A DNA stretch of 64,000 bases from Campylobacterales bacterium (GCA_027081015.1 JALWMA010000147.1:8000-71999), one strand, 5' to 3'. Positions 28,608 through 39,393 are shown, counted from the first letter of the stretch. Translations and numbers: made by a program. Notes: generated from the letters alone by a model not told the origin.

Positions 28608-29368
28608 CAGTGGGTCGGGATCGGCACCGGCGCGCTGTAGTTCGTTTCGGCGGGCTGTACTTCACGGTAGGCGGGCACCGCCTCCTCTGCCGGGGCGGAT
28701 GTGGTGTTCTCTTCCGCAGACTCCTGCGAAACGGCCGGCTCCGCTGCGCTCGAAGGAGATGTCTCGTTCCCCTCTTCGGCCGCCGGAGCCGCCGTACCCT
28801 TTTCACCGCACTCCTCTTTGGCCTTCTGAAGCTCCTCTTTCAGATCCTCTATGTCAAACTCCATATCGTCGATCCGATCCTGCATAGCCATGACCGGTTT
28901 TACGTTCACGCCGTACTCATACACCAGCTCTCCACCGTCTTTTCCCTGCTTCAGAAGCACCGCTATGAAGATAAGCAGGAACGCTATAAAGATATTTCTC
29001 GCCCACGGCCGGCGTATGGCCATGGCTCCTGCTTTCAGAAGCAGCAGAAGCGGTACTGCATATACGAGGTATGTTCCAAGCAGCTTGTGAAACTTCAGCT
29101 CCTCCTTTGCCTCCGGAGTGAGCAGCGAAAAGGCGTGGGATCCGTCGGCTTTACCGGTAAAGAACGCTCCAGCATATACTATGACGGCCAGCGTAAGCAG
29201 AAAGAGCGACGTCACGCTCACTGCCGGCCTCTTCGCCTTCAGGTTTATAAGTTCTATGAGCAGTACTATAACAGGAATCGCCACTACGAAGTGTACAAAT
29301 ATAGGATGCACCATAAGGGGCACTTCAAAAGGCAGTTTTACAGGTATGTCGATAACGGGCAGATTCAT
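28607..29368 (-). CDS. DUF2231-like membrane protein with coiled coil and acidic low-complexity tail
   Basis: HPIFVHFVVAIP, HKLLG and GGELVYEYG motifs; TGATG overlap with the helicase. Confidence 0.8.
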   Translation of the reverse strand: MNLPVIDIPVKLPFEVPLMVHPIFVHFVVAIPVIVLLIELINLKAKRPAVSVTSLFLLTLAVIVYAGAFFTGKADGSHAFSLLTPEAKEELKFHKLLGTYLVYAVPLLLLLKAGAMAIRRPWARNIFIAFLLIFIAVLLKQGKDGGELVYEYGVNVKPVMAMQDRIDDMEFDIEDLKEELQKAKEECGEKGTAAPAAEEGNETSPSSAAEPAVSQESAEENTTSAPAEEAVPAYREVQPAETNYSAPVPIPTH

Positions 29369-29418
29369 GAAAACTCCTTATTTCCGGTCAAACTCCGGCC
29401 CGAGTAGTATAGAGAAGA

Positions 29419-32370
29419 TTATACACCATTTTCCATGTACCGAAGCTGTAGCCCCTCGTCGGTCATGACGAACCCCTGAATCGTCACCTTCCCTTCATGC
29501 ACAAGCTTGTGGTGGCGTTTGCAAAGCGGGATCAGGTTGTATCTGTGGTTTTGATGAAAGTGGCCTATTCTGCCGGATTCGTCCGACTCCGCCTGCGGGG
29601 CGATGTGGTGCACCTCCTCCACGGCGGCCCCGCAGAGGGCGCAGCTGCTGAGATAGAGTTCCTTGTTGTAGCGGCTCCTCTTTCTCTTTTTGAGCCTCTT
29701 GAGCGTCCCCTCCTCGTCGGCGAGAGACTCCCTGACCGCATATGCCGTATCGAGAAAACGTTTGTCCATATGGAGCGACTTGGCGAACTCCAGACCGTAA
29801 AGCGTACTGCCCGATCCGGGCATCAGCTTTCGGTTGTAGACGAGGGTATCCTTCGCCTCGTCATACTCTACACCCAGATGGAGGAAAACGACCCCTTCAA
29901 GCTCCGTAACGGTCTTGAGCTCCGTAAGTTTGTGCAGATGCGTGGCGACGATAAAAAGAGAGTTTAGTTCATGCAGCCTCTTCAGCGTACTCGCAACTAT
30001 CGCCAGAGCCGACTCGGTCTCCGTTCCGTGGCTTATCTCGTCTCCGAGAACGAGCGACGTACCGGAGGCGCGGTTGAAGATGTTTTTGAGCTCCATCATC
30101 TCTATCGCAAAGGTGCTGAGCCCCTTGTAGAGGTTGTCTTTGCTGACGATCCTTGTAAAAAGCTTGTCGAAGAGGTGGAACCTCATCGAAGCGGCCGGTA
30201 CGAAGAAACCGGCCTGGGCCATTATGACCGCCATACCGACACTCTTCATCAAAGAGCTCTTTCCGCTCGAGTTGATACCGTAGAGCAGCACACCTTTTAC
30301 GGCTCTGTTGCCGCTCGCATTGAGCGTGACGTGGTCGTGATCTGTCGATTCGGGAATATCCCCCATCAGCAGATCGTTGGGAATATATATCCCGTTCTCT
30401 TCGCGTGACTCTATCAGCGGGTGGCGAAGCCCTATGAACTCTACCGTCTGCTCCCGATCCTTCTTTTCGAGTATCTCGGGCCTTACGTAGTTGTACTTCA
30501 GCGCGGCTTTCGCAGTAGCGATGGCGACATCGAAGCGCCCGACGAACGATATGATATGCTCGAGAAGCTGCGAATACCTCTTCTCCAGCAGCTCCAGAGA
30601 CTCCACGTAGCTCTGCTTAGTCAGCGCGACTATACGGGCGCGGTTGGCCATGACCCTTCTGGATATATCGTCTATCAGGTCCGATGTGATCTTGACGCTG
30701 TTTTTCAGCTTTTTGTAGCTGAAGTCACGCAGGAAGTAGTGGTTTCCCTCGAGCAGGAGAAAGCTCTCCATAAGCTCTTTCTCTATCATTCCGAAGCGCG
30801 TGCGGGTGACGCTCAGGTGGTACCCTTCGCTTTCGAGCCACCCTATGTTGACGTAGACGTTGTCGCCGTTATCGCCGCGGTCGAAAAAGTTCTCTATATG
30901 CAGCCGGATCGCTTCTAACCTCTCCATCTCCTTTTCGTTCTCCTCCACCACCCGGTCCACAAAAAGGTTTATACCGGGCTGGAAGATGTTGCTCTCGATC
31001 TGGTCCCGCCTGTACTTTCCGCACTCGTCTAAAACGAAAGTGCGCTCCAGTTCGGCCGCGAAGCTCTCAATGCGGACCCTCAGGTCATCCTCGACTTCCA
31101 CCCCGACACCTTTCGCCTCCCAGACAAGCTGCTCGAGCGCTTTCAGTGAGTCGTAGAGGTATACCATCTCAAACGGGTGGAGCTTACCGAGCTTTATGCG
31201 GCGCAGTATGCGTTCCAGGTCGTATATCTCCTTGAGCGTGTTAGAGAAGTTCTGCGTATGCTCCATCACCTTCTCGGCCAGATCGTAGCGCCTCTTGAGC
31301 TCTTTCGCATCGCATATGGGGTTCAAAAGACGCTCTTTAAAAAGCCGCTTGCCTATGGCGGTGGAGGTGAGGTCTACAAGTTTCAAAAGCGTCATCTCGT
31401 CGGGGTCGCGGCTTATGATGTTAAGCTGCTCGAGGGCGTTGTTCCCCAGGTATACGAAGTGCTGCCCGCCCAGGAACGCGGGGCGGTTCATCTTCTCTAT
31501 AAGAGAGGCGTCGTGCTCTATGATGAAGTCGATCAGGAGAGAGAGCGACTCGGAGGCGTATGGGTATCTCTCCAGGTCGAGATACTCTATCGGGCTCAGA
31601 AACGACCTTATGCCGTATACATTGGCGAAGAGCTCGTTCTGGTAGGCGATCTTGTGCCGAGTGCGGCCCGGCGTGTATCTTATATGCCCCTCTATCTCGA
31701 GGTAGCGCACTATCCACTCCTCATCGATCGAGTCGTCGCTCAGTGTCAATAGAAGCTCCGAAGTGCTGTAACTCTGAAGCTGGTTGAATATCTCGTCGAG
31801 CGCGAACGTTTTATCTTCTCGTGTACCGTGGACCTCGTTCAAAAAGGTCTTGCCGGTGCTGACATCAATGGCACTGTAGCCGCACGAGTAGATTCCGCGG
31901 TTTATGTCGACTATCAAAGAGACGATGTAGTTTTCGGTAGGCTCGGCAAGGTAGTCGAAGTTCGTACCGGGTGAGAGGATATTGCCTATGTAGCGCTTCA
32001 CTTTCGGCGGGACACCCTTTTGGCGAACCATCACCACCGTATATTTCCTGCTCTGCACAAGTCGTGAAAGGTAGCGGTCTATCGAAACGGTGGGGACTCC
32101 GGCCATCAGCGGGTTGGCTACGGAGTTTTCGAGAATCGTCTTGTTTTTTCGCGTAAGCTGGATATTCAGAAGCTCGGCCACCTCCTTGGCTTTGCCGATC
32201 TTCATCTCGTCGTTGTTGACTTCGTAGACTTCGAAGAAGGTTCCGACCTCCATAAGTACGACCGTATCGGGTCCATACTTCTCTTCGAAAATCCGCTGCA
32301 GTTCGAAATAGATATCCGTCAGCAGCCTCTTCTTGTCGTTTAGAAGTTCGTTTATCGCCTCGGTATGCAC
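29419..32370 (-). CDS. MutS7-type MutS with C-terminal HNH endonuclease
   Basis: GTFFEVY (Phe-X-Glu), [21 protein letters not shown]; C-terminal CALC...EVHHI...[14 protein letters not shown]; likely GTG start at 32370 (ORF track extends to 32631). Confidence 0.9.
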   Translation of the reverse strand: MHTEAINELLNDKKRLLTDIYFELQRIFEEKYGPDTVVLMEVGTFFEVYEVNNDEMKIGKAKEVAELLNIQLTRKNKTILENSVANPLMAGVPTVSIDRYLSRLVQSRKYTVVMVRQKGVPPKVKRYIGNILSPGTNFDYLAEPTENYIVSLIVDINRGIYSCGYSAIDVSTGKTFLNEVHGTREDKTFALDEIFNQLQSYSTSELLLTLSDDSIDEEWIVRYLEIEGHIRYTPGRTRHKIAYQNELFANVYGIRSFLSPIEYLDLERYPYASESLSLLIDFIIEHDASLIEKMNRPAFLGGQHFVYLGNNALEQLNIISRDPDEMTLLKLVDLTSTAIGKRLFKERLLNPICDAKELKRRYDLAEKVMEHTQNFSNTLKEIYDLERILRRIKLGKLHPFEMVYLYDSLKALEQLVWEAKGVGVEVEDDLRVRIESFAAELERTFVLDECGKYRRDQIESNIFQPGINLFVDRVVEENEKEMERLEAIRLHIENFFDRGDNGDNVYVNIGWLESEGYHLSVTRTRFGMIEKELMESFLLLEGNHYFLRDFSYKKLKNSVKITSDLIDDISRRVMANRARIVALTKQSYVESLELLEKRYSQLLEHIISFVGRFDVAIATAKAALKYNYVRPEILEKKDREQTVEFIGLRHPLIESREENGIYIPNDLLMGDIPESTDHDHVTLNASGNRAVKGVLLYGINSSGKSSLMKSVGMAVIMAQAGFFVPAASMRFHLFDKLFTRIVSKDNLYKGLSTFAIEMMELKNIFNRASGTSLVLGDEISHGTETESALAIVASTLKRLHELNSLFIVATHLHKLTELKTVTELEGVVFLHLGVEYDEAKDTLVYNRKLMPGSGSTLYGLEFAKSLHMDKRFLDTAYAVRESLADEEGTLKRLKKRKRSRYNKELYLSSCALCGAAVEEVHHIAPQAESDESGRIGHFHQNHRYNLIPLCKRHHKLVHEGKVTIQGFVMTDEGLQLRYMENGV

Positions 32371-32401
32371 TTCTCTCGGGCCCCGCCTTTTTATCCGGTT
32401 G

Positions 32402-32625
32402 TAATACCAATCCCAAATGAAAACGAAACACCCGGCCGTCATCCTCGCTCGACGAGTGCTCCGCGCCCTTCGGGACGTCGACGAAAGCCTGAAAATCGTG
32501 AACAGCTTCGCTGCCCTGCGGGTTTGAGCACGATTTTCGGACGGCTTTCGTTCGACTCGCTCCCGCAGGTCTCGCTGCGGTGACGACCGAATGCTTCGTT
32601 CTCTTTTTATTTGGTTTTGGTATAA
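32402..32625. mobile_element. MITE/REP-like ~224-bp imperfect palindrome with terminal inverted repeats
   Basis: Ends TAATACCAATCCCAAATGAAA / TTTTTATTTGGTTTTGGTATAA; nested stems CGGCCGTCATC/GGTGACGACCG, TCGACGAAAGCC/GGCTTTCGTTCGA, GAAAATCGTG/CACGATTTTC. Confidence 0.65.
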
Positions 32626-32721
32626 CACCAAACCAGCAATGGAGGGAGCGAAGCACTCGAAAGCCGCAAAAGCGACTCGACCCGCAGCAGTGCCGGGAGT
32701 TTCGCTCTACTTGGTTCGGTA
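32626..32721. mobile_element. Second, shorter MITE-like palindrome abutting the first
   Basis: Ends CACCAAACCA / TGGTTCGGTA; inner stem GAGCGAA/TTCGCTC. Confidence 0.5.
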
Positions 32722-32791
32722 GAAGATTATAACCAATCGGGGCTTGCACCAAACTCAATCGGGCCCGAAGAGGCTTGGAATTCTCGGGAGG

Positions 32792-33166
32792 CTACATTCC
32801 CCCGCATTTTCCGGCGGCGCATTTACCCTTCATCTCGCCTTTCATCTTCTCTTTCATTCCATCGCCGCATTTGCCCTGCGCGCACTTTCCGTCTGCGCAC
32901 TTGCCCTTCATCTGACCCTTCTTCTCGCAGTCGGTCTTCTTCTTTTCGCACCCGCACGGCATCTTGCCATTCATCTTCTCTTTCATGCCGTCACCGCACT
33001 TGGCGGGAGACTCTTCGCTCATCGGCCCGCTCTTCTTCATCTCCATCTTCATGGAGGCGCCGCACTTGCCGGGTGCGCACTGCATGGCCGCAAACGCTCC
33101 CGTACCTGCGAATATCATCGCACCGGCAATCATTACCACAGCTTTATAACCGGAGATCTTTCTCAT
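32792..33166 (-). CDS. HvfA/bufferin-like Cys/Met-rich secreted peptide (GKCG repeats)
   Basis: Sec signal (AFA), then CAPGKCG, KCGDG, GKCADGKCAQGKCGDG and GKCAAGKCGG; 11 Cys and many Met. Confidence 0.85.
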   Translation of the reverse strand: MRKISGYKAVVMIAGAMIFAGTGAFAAMQCAPGKCGASMKMEMKKSGPMSEESPAKCGDGMKEKMNGKMPCGCEKKKTDCEKKGQMKGKCADGKCAQGKCGDGMKEKMKGEMKGKCAAGKCGGM

Positions 33167-33270
33167 AACTCATCCTTTGTTTTAATGTGAACGATATTAT
33201 ACACCAAACATTGTGTAGCTATCGTGTATTTCGGGAGAGAAATATAAATGTATATTGCCGGAACCGACTG

Positions 33271-33735
33271 TTACTTTACGCGTATCAGAGTATCGAAGTC
33301 GGTATCCGGGTAGATCTTTTTGAGCGCAAGAAGATCTTTTTCGATACTCCAGGGCTCGATCCCGCTCTTTTTCAGCATACTCATATATTTTCCGGCCGCT
33401 TTGAACTCGTTGAAAATCAGCGACGCCTCCGCCGCGTACTCCGCGGCGTAGGTCTGCCCCTCCTCTATCGCCTGCAGTGCCGCACGGAGCGCTTTTTGCG
33501 GCTCCCTGCCGAGCAGGTAGTAACGGGCCGCTTTCGCATGGGCTCCGTCGTTGTCCACGGCGTCGGCATACTCCCTGCAGAGATCTGTTTTGTCAAGATC
33601 CCCCTTTTTAACGACGTAGTAGTCGCACTGCAGCATCAGTTTTCCGGCACCGCACCCGCTGCAGCCGCTCTCTGCGGCTACCGCGGTGCAGACGAAGAGC
33701 GCTATGAAGATAAGAGACGAACATGGTTTTTTCAT
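33271..33735 (-). CDS. Secreted helical (TPR/Sel1-like) hypothetical protein with N-terminal CSGC
   Basis: 154 aa, signal peptide, Ala-rich helical repeats; overlaps the PilZ gene stop. Confidence 0.65.
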   Translation of the reverse strand: MKKPCSSLIFIALFVCTAVAAESGCSGCGAGKLMLQCDYYVVKKGDLDKTDLCREYADAVDNDGAHAKAARYYLLGREPQKALRAALQAIEEGQTYAAEYAAEASLIFNEFKAAGKYMSMLKKSGIEPWSIEKDLLALKKIYPDTDFDTLIRVK

Positions 33736-34871
33736 TCAACCCCCTTTCTCATGCCCGCGATACTCTTTATCTCTTTCATCAAAGAGAGCTCACGTCTGGC
33801 CACGAATGCCGAAAGTATCTCCTCTTTTTTCGGATTCGCATGCAGGAAAATGTGGTATCGCCGCTTTGTATCGCCGAGTTTCGATATGTACTGCAGGGTT
33901 CCTCTCATCACTATATTTCTGATGCTTCCGTCATTCTGCGGTATCGGGAGGGTCACCTCTACCTGCTCGTAGAGCGGCAGCCCGTAGCCGACATCCGTCT
34001 GCAGGCAGACACCTTTGCCGGAGAGGTCTATGACATCTACGTCAAACTGCCTCCCCAAAGCGTTTATTCTCCCTTTCAAAGGGGTTCCGAGAGCCACCCG
34101 CACACGCTTTCTCCTCTGCGCGATGCTGTCGATCCATGCGGGGCTGTCGACCTCGATCAGGGCGATCCTCTTCTCATAGACGACCCGCTCTATCTTCATC
34201 TCTATGGCGAACGGCTCCATTCTCCTGTCGAAACAGACGACCCTCCCTTCACGCTCGGCGAGCAGACCCTTTTCATACGGCATCTGCAGCACTACAGAGC
34301 CTTTCGAGCTGCGTCTTGCCGTGGCATCGTACACGACGGGGATACCCTTGTACACGTTGAGCAGCCTGATGCTCTTCCCGTCCGCCAGCCACTTGTCGAG
34401 CTCATCCTCTCTCAGTGCGACCCTCGTCGCGAAGTCCCGCTCAGTATCTTCCTGCAGGAGCGACTTCATATACTCCAAAACGTCGTCGAAGTAGGCCGAA
34501 AAGAGCTTGATGTAGCCGAAAAGTTCCCTATCGTCCGAATAGTCGCTTACAAGCCTCAAAATAAAAGAGGAGAGCAGCTTCTGAAGCAGGAGCAGCGGTG
34601 CGACTCCCCGGTTTTTTATCTGCAGGAATCTATCCGCCACACTCTTTACGGCCGGAGTTTGAAAGTCGAAAAGGGAGTCGTAGAACTCCTCTATGTTCTC
34701 TTTCAGGAAGCGCTCTCTTATCTTCGAAGAGCCGATCTCTTTTCGTATCTCTTCCAGGAAGTGGGAGACAAAGAGATCTTTGTAACCCTCGATGAACGGC
34801 CGAAGGGGCTCGAGGCCATCCCGCTCTTTGAGCAGCTTTTCGTAAGCTTCGCTATCTTTCGGTAAAATCAT
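33732..34871 (-). CDS. PilZ-domain protein with N-terminal helical domain
   Basis: RKRVR (RxxxR) and DLSGKG (DxSxxG) c-di-GMP-binding motifs in the C-terminal domain. Confidence 0.82.
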   Translation of the reverse strand: MILPKDSEAYEKLLKERDGLEPLRPFIEGYKDLFVSHFLEEIRKEIGSSKIRERFLKENIEEFYDSLFDFQTPAVKSVADRFLQIKNRGVAPLLLLQKLLSSFILRLVSDYSDDRELFGYIKLFSAYFDDVLEYMKSLLQEDTERDFATRVALREDELDKWLADGKSIRLLNVYKGIPVVYDATARRSSKGSVVLQMPYEKGLLAEREGRVVCFDRRMEPFAIEMKIERVVYEKRIALIEVDSPAWIDSIAQRRKRVRVALGTPLKGRINALGRQFDVDVIDLSGKGVCLQTDVGYGLPLYEQVEVTLPIPQNDGSIRNIVMRGTLQYISKLGDTKRRYHIFLHANPKKEEILSAFVARRELSLMKEIKSIAGMRKGVE

Positions 34872-34881
34872 GATTTCCGCC

Positions 34882-35259
34882 TCACTGTTTCGTCTCTATA
34901 CTGACCTTTTTGAATCCGTGCGACTTGAGCGTATCTATGACCATAACGAAGTTCTGGAACCTGCTCTTTGCGTCGCTTTTTATCAGTATCGCATCCTCTT
35001 TCGGATCCAATTTCGACAGAATCCTCTTCAACTCGCCCTTTTCCACCTTTCTATCCTCGAAGTAGATCTCTCCGTCGCTTTTGATAACTATACTCTTCAT
35101 CTTCTGCGTCGGCGCCTTTTTGCTCGAAGCTTCGGGAAGATCCACCGGAATCGTACCCTTCGCCACGAACGAAGCGGTGGTGAGCACGACGACCAAAAGT
35201 ACCAGCATTATGTCTATAAACGGCAGAACGTTTATCTGGTCGAACTTCTTGACCTTCAC
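34882..35259 (-). CDS. exbD: ExbD/TolR family protein
   Basis: INVLPFIDIMLVLLVV with the conserved Asp; IPVDLP; GTG start at 35259 overlapping the exbB stop. Confidence 0.9.
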   Translation of the reverse strand: MKVKKFDQINVLPFIDIMLVLLVVVLTTASFVAKGTIPVDLPEASSKKAPTQKMKSIVIKSDGEIYFEDRKVEKGELKRILSKLDPKEDAILIKSDAKSRFQNFVMVIDTLKSHGFKKVSIETKQ

Positions 35260-35702
35260 TCTCTTTCGCCCTCTTTCCGTTTCTGCAGAATCTCCCACTT
35301 CGCCGTCAGGATCTCGGCGCGCCTTACCAGAAGATTGTAAAACCAGATAGTCGGGATCGCCACGAGTATCCCTCCGGCCGTAGTCTTGAGCGCCAGGGCC
35401 AGTCCCACCATTATCTCTTTCGTCTCAACGAGACCGCTCTGACCGATCGTAACGAATGTCACCATTATGCCCACAACCGTTCCGAGCAGTCCTATAAACG
35501 GTGCATTGGAGCCTATCGAAGCGATCATGGTTAGGTTTTCGCCGAGTGCGATCTCGAGCTCCTCTTTCTGCGAAAAGCTATTGAGGTCCAGATGCCTATA
35601 AAAAAAATACCGCTCCAGTACAAGCCACAAAGCTATGACACTAAGCACTCCCAATGCTCCTATGAATATGTAGTCTACACTACTGTAAAGCCAATCGTTC
35701 AA
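35256..35702 (-). CDS. exbB: ExbB/TolQ family proton channel (short form)
   Basis: SNAPFIGLLGTVVGIM...ALALKTTAGGILVAIP; TTG start at 35702 overlapping the kinase stop. Confidence 0.9.
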   Translation of the reverse strand: MNDWLYSSVDYIFIGALGVLSVIALWLVLERYFFYRHLDLNSFSQKEELEIALGENLTMIASIGSNAPFIGLLGTVVGIMVTFVTIGQSGLVETKEIMVGLALALKTTAGGILVAIPTIWFYNLLVRRAEILTAKWEILQKRKEGERE

Positions 35703-36547
35703 TCTCTCTCTCCTACAGATGCAAAATTTAGTCGGAAGGTGGTCCCCTCCCCCTTTTTCGAATCTATCTTTATCTCTATCGAGTGTTCGTCGCAAAAAGT
35801 CTTGACTATATGCAGCCCTATGCCGTACCCGGATGCGCTCAGGTCGCTCTGGTAGTAGCGGTCGAATATGTGAAACAGCGTCGTCTCGTCCATACCTATT
35901 CCGCTATCTTTGACGACCAGCCACCCCTCTTCTTCGTAAATCTCTACGCTCCCGCCGGGGCGGTTGTATTTCACGGCGTTTCCCAAAAGGTTGTCCACAG
36001 CCTTCTGGCAGCCACGCCTGTCTGCAACAACCACTCTCTTCAGAGGCCTATATTGTATCGAAATTCCCTCAGCCATCTCCTCCATTTTGGCGATACTCTT
36101 CTCTACCACCTCGCCCAGATCGAAACTCTCACGCTCGACACCCCCGATCTCCTTTTTGATAAAGTAGTCGAGATCTTCGTATAGTTCGTGCAGATTCTCC
36201 CCCGCCTTTTCGATCCTTTGAAGCCTGGTGACTCTTTTGGGGTCGCTCTCGGAGCGCTTGAGCATCGATACATTCGCGAATATCGTGGATAGCGGGATGT
36301 TGAGCTCATGCAGGGTGTCTTTCAAAAGCCTCTCGAGCAGATCGTTGGTGACAAACAGCGGCTCGAGGGCCACCTTCGATAGTATATAGCCGAAAAGGAG
36401 CGAAAGGGGCAGAAGCATCGCGACAACGATGAGAAAGTTGCGATCCGAATAGCCGAAGGTTTCGAATACCGTCCACACCAGCCCGGCCATAGCGGCGAAC
36501 GACACGACATAGAAGATCAGTACTTTCGCTATCTGCCTACGCTTCAA
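35699..36547 (-). CDS. Sensor histidine kinase with two TM helices and essentially no extracytoplasmic domain
   Basis: HELNIP H-box, DNLLGNAVKY, DSGIG and GYGIGL; TM helices separated by fewer than 10 residues. Confidence 0.92.
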   Translation of the reverse strand: MKRRQIAKVLIFYVVSFAAMAGLVWTVFETFGYSDRNFLIVVAMLLPLSLLFGYILSKVALEPLFVTNDLLERLLKDTLHELNIPLSTIFANVSMLKRSESDPKRVTRLQRIEKAGENLHELYEDLDYFIKKEIGGVERESFDLGEVVEKSIAKMEEMAEGISIQYRPLKRVVVADRRGCQKAVDNLLGNAVKYNRPGGSVEIYEEEGWLVVKDSGIGMDETTLFHIFDRYYQSDLSASGYGIGLHIVKTFCDEHSIEIKIDSKKGEGTTFRLNFASVGERD

Positions 36548-37190
36548 AGCTGTAACCCACTCCCCTTATATTGACTATGGAATCCTTGCCGAAGAGCTGC
36601 TTCAGCTTGTTTATGTAGACCCGGAGGGGTCCCGTTCCCGGAGAGTCGTCGCCGTAGAGCTCCCGCAGTATCTCCTCTGTACCTATGACCTCTCCGCGGT
36701 TTCTCAAAAACAGCGCAAGCAGTTCGGCAAGCTTTTTGGGAAGCTGCACCGGCTCGTCACCTCTGTATAGCACAAGCCTCTCCATATCGAAAAGGTAGCC
36801 GCCCACTTCGACCTTTTTGGGGTTGTGCAGGCGCCTCAGCTGCGCCTCCATCCTAAGCAGAAGCTCATCGAGGTCTATCGGCTTCTTCATATAGTCGTCG
36901 GCACCGCTGCCGAAACCCTCCGCAAGCGCCTCTTTGTCGCGTGCGGAGGTTATATATATGGCGGCAGTCTCGTCGCCGCTCTCCCTTAGCTGCTTCAGGA
37001 GATCGAAGCCGTTCATGTCGGGCACGTTCACATCGAGCAGGTAGAGGTCGAACTTCTGTTCGTAGGTCGCCTCTATAGCCTCTTTGGCCCCGATGCAGTG
37101 GAACACATCGTACCCTTCGTCCTCCAGAAAATCGACCAGCGTCTCCCCGAAAAGCCTGTCATCCTCCAGCAGAAGCACCTTAGCCCGCAC
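36537..37190 (-). CDS. OmpR-family response regulator
   Basis: [21 protein letters not shown]; winged helix ending IRGVGY. Confidence 0.95.
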   Translation of the reverse strand: MRAKVLLLEDDRLFGETLVDFLEDEGYDVFHCIGAKEAIEATYEQKFDLYLLDVNVPDMNGFDLLKQLRESGDETAAIYITSARDKEALAEGFGSGADDYMKKPIDLDELLLRMEAQLRRLHNPKKVEVGGYLFDMERLVLYRGDEPVQLPKKLAELLALFLRNRGEVIGTEEILRELYGDDSPGTGPLRVYINKLKQLFGKDSIVNIRGVGYSFEA

Positions 37191-38190
37191 TCACCACCCT
37201 CCACTCAAGACTCTGGCCGGCGAACATCGGCACTACCGTCGCTTCATACATTTCGGGCACGAGGTATGGGCTCTTTTCGAGCACCACCTCTTTTTTCGGC
37301 GGCTCGATGCCGTATATGCTCTTGGCGTTGTCGCTTACGAAAGCCTGCAGACTCTCCAGCGCTCCATGGTTGTCGAAAAGCTGTACGAGCGCCTGCAGGG
37401 CTATGGGAGCGGTAAAGACCCCGGCGGCACACCCGGGGGCCTCCTTCGCCTCCCTCGGATGCGGAGCCGAATCTGAACCGAACATCACCTTCGGGTTTGC
37501 GCTCAAAGCGGCATCGAGCAGGGCTCTCCTGTCTTCCGGTCTCTTGGCGATAGGCTTGCAGAAAAGGTGCGGCTGCAGCAGTCCGCCGGCCACATCGTCG
37601 AGAGTTATATAGAGGTGGTGAAGCGTAATCGTCGCATAGAGGTTCTCAAACCTTCCGAGCGCCTCCACGGCATCTTTTGTCGTTATATGCTCCATAACTA
37701 TTTTGAGCTTCGGGAAGTTGCGCGCAAGCCTCTCGTAGATCGGTATGAACTCGGCCTCCCTGTCCATTACGAACCCTCCCGTCTCTCCGTGTACGCAGAG
37801 CGGAATGCCCAGGTCGCTCATCGCGTTTAGAACGGGAGCCAGCTCGAGCATGTCGAACCCGCTCACACCCCCTTCCGAATTTGTGGTGATTCCGGCAGGG
37901 TAGAGCTTTACGGCCAGAATCTCATCTTTGACAGACTCCAGAAATTCCGGGGTATAGTCCGACCTGAAAAAGAGGGTCATGTACGGTTTGAACCTGTTGC
38001 CGCCCACGGCTTTCAAAACTCTATCCCTGTAAGAGAGCAGAGCCTCTCTCGTAGTGACCGGAGGCACCAGATTGGGCATTACGAGTGCGCCGCTGAAGGT
38101 TTCGGCACTCAACGGGGCGACTATGTCGAGCATCGTTTCGTCGCGCAGATGCAGGTGCATATCGAGTGGATCGTTTATCGAAATTACCAT
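37180..38190 (-). CDS. pyrC: Dihydroorotase (class II)
   Basis: [39 protein letters not shown] and GSDSAPH motifs. Confidence 0.97.
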   Translation of the reverse strand: MVISINDPLDMHLHLRDETMLDIVAPLSAETFSGALVMPNLVPPVTTREALLSYRDRVLKAVGGNRFKPYMTLFFRSDYTPEFLESVKDEILAVKLYPAGITTNSEGGVSGFDMLELAPVLNAMSDLGIPLCVHGETGGFVMDREAEFIPIYERLARNFPKLKIVMEHITTKDAVEALGRFENLYATITLHHLYITLDDVAGGLLQPHLFCKPIAKRPEDRRALLDAALSANPKVMFGSDSAPHPREAKEAPGCAAGVFTAPIALQALVQLFDNHGALESLQAFVSDNAKSIYGIEPPKKEVVLEKSPYLVPEMYEATVVPMFAGQSLEWRVVSAG

Positions 38191-38279
38191 TTTTTGACCT
38201 TTTTTACCGACCTTGTTTTCGGAAAATTATAGTATTATATCGTTTACTTTTATCAAGCCACCTTACCCAAGGCAAAACT

Positions 38280-38915
38280 ATGCACGAAATAATCGACTGG
38301 ATCGTAGAGAGTGTCGGAGCGATGGGCTATACCGGCATATTCATAATGATGTTTCTCGAGAGCTCCTTTTTCCCGTTCCCGAGTGAAGTGGCGATGATAC
38401 CTGCGGGTTATCTGGCGAGCAAAGGCGAGATGAGCCTGACGGCCGCATTTTTGGCCGGAGCCGGCGGCTCTTTGGCCGGAGCGCTCTTCAACTATGTTCT
38501 CGGACACAGGCTCGGGCGGGCGTTTTTGATCAAATACGGAAAATATCTTTTTCTAAAACCGGAAACGGTCGACAAGACCGAAGCCTTCTTCGCCAGATAC
38601 GGACCCGCCAGTACATTCTGGGGGCGCCTGCTTCCCGGAATCAGGCAGTATATCTCCCTACCTGCCGGCATCGGCAGAATGCCGCTGCTGGCATTCAGCA
38701 TATACACGTTTCTGGGTGCCGGCATCTGGTGCGCGGTACTGCTCTCGATGGGCTATATCTTCGGCGAGCACGAAGATCAGATCAAAGAGGTTCTGCACTA
38801 TCTTATAGGTGCGATCATAATTATGGTCATAGGGGTCTTCTACTACTACAGGAAAAAGAACAAAAGGATCGAAGAGGAGTTCATAGAGGAGTTGGAAGAG
38901 AGTTCTGAAAAGTGA
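38280..38915 (+). CDS. dedA: DedA family membrane protein
   Basis: [13 protein letters not shown]...AGYL; [16 protein letters not shown]; start MHEIID at 38280 (ORF track starts at 38166). Confidence 0.92.
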   Translation: MHEIIDWIVESVGAMGYTGIFIMMFLESSFFPFPSEVAMIPAGYLASKGEMSLTAAFLAGAGGSLAGALFNYVLGHRLGRAFLIKYGKYLFLKPETVDKTEAFFARYGPASTFWGRLLPGIRQYISLPAGIGRMPLLAFSIYTFLGAGIWCAVLLSMGYIFGEHEDQIKEVLHYLIGAIIIMVIGVFYYYRKKNKRIEEEFIEELEESSEK

Positions 38916-38927
38916 ATAGTTTCGGAT

Positions 38928-39017
38928 GGCCGTTCCGCGGCCTTCCAAAAGAGAATCGATCTTTCCAGGCGCCGCAAAGCGGCGCCTTCAACGACCGGTC
39001 AACCCGGGCGAAAGCCC
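38928..39017. terminator. Cluster of GC-rich hairpins between convergent dedA and PII genes
   Basis: GGCCG-TTCCG-CGGCC, GGCGCCGC-AAA-GCGGCGCC (38968-38986), GGGC-GAAA-GCCC. Confidence 0.55.
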
Positions 39018-39021
39018 AGCG

Positions 39022-39381
<360 letters not shown>

Positions 39382-39393
39382 TTAAATTATGTC

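Noticed and set aside
32371-32631. 87-aa N-terminal extension of MutS7 given by the ORF track
   Set aside because: It runs through a palindromic repeat and has no protein-like features. GTG 32370 gives a plausible start. Kept only as a side note in the MITE finding.
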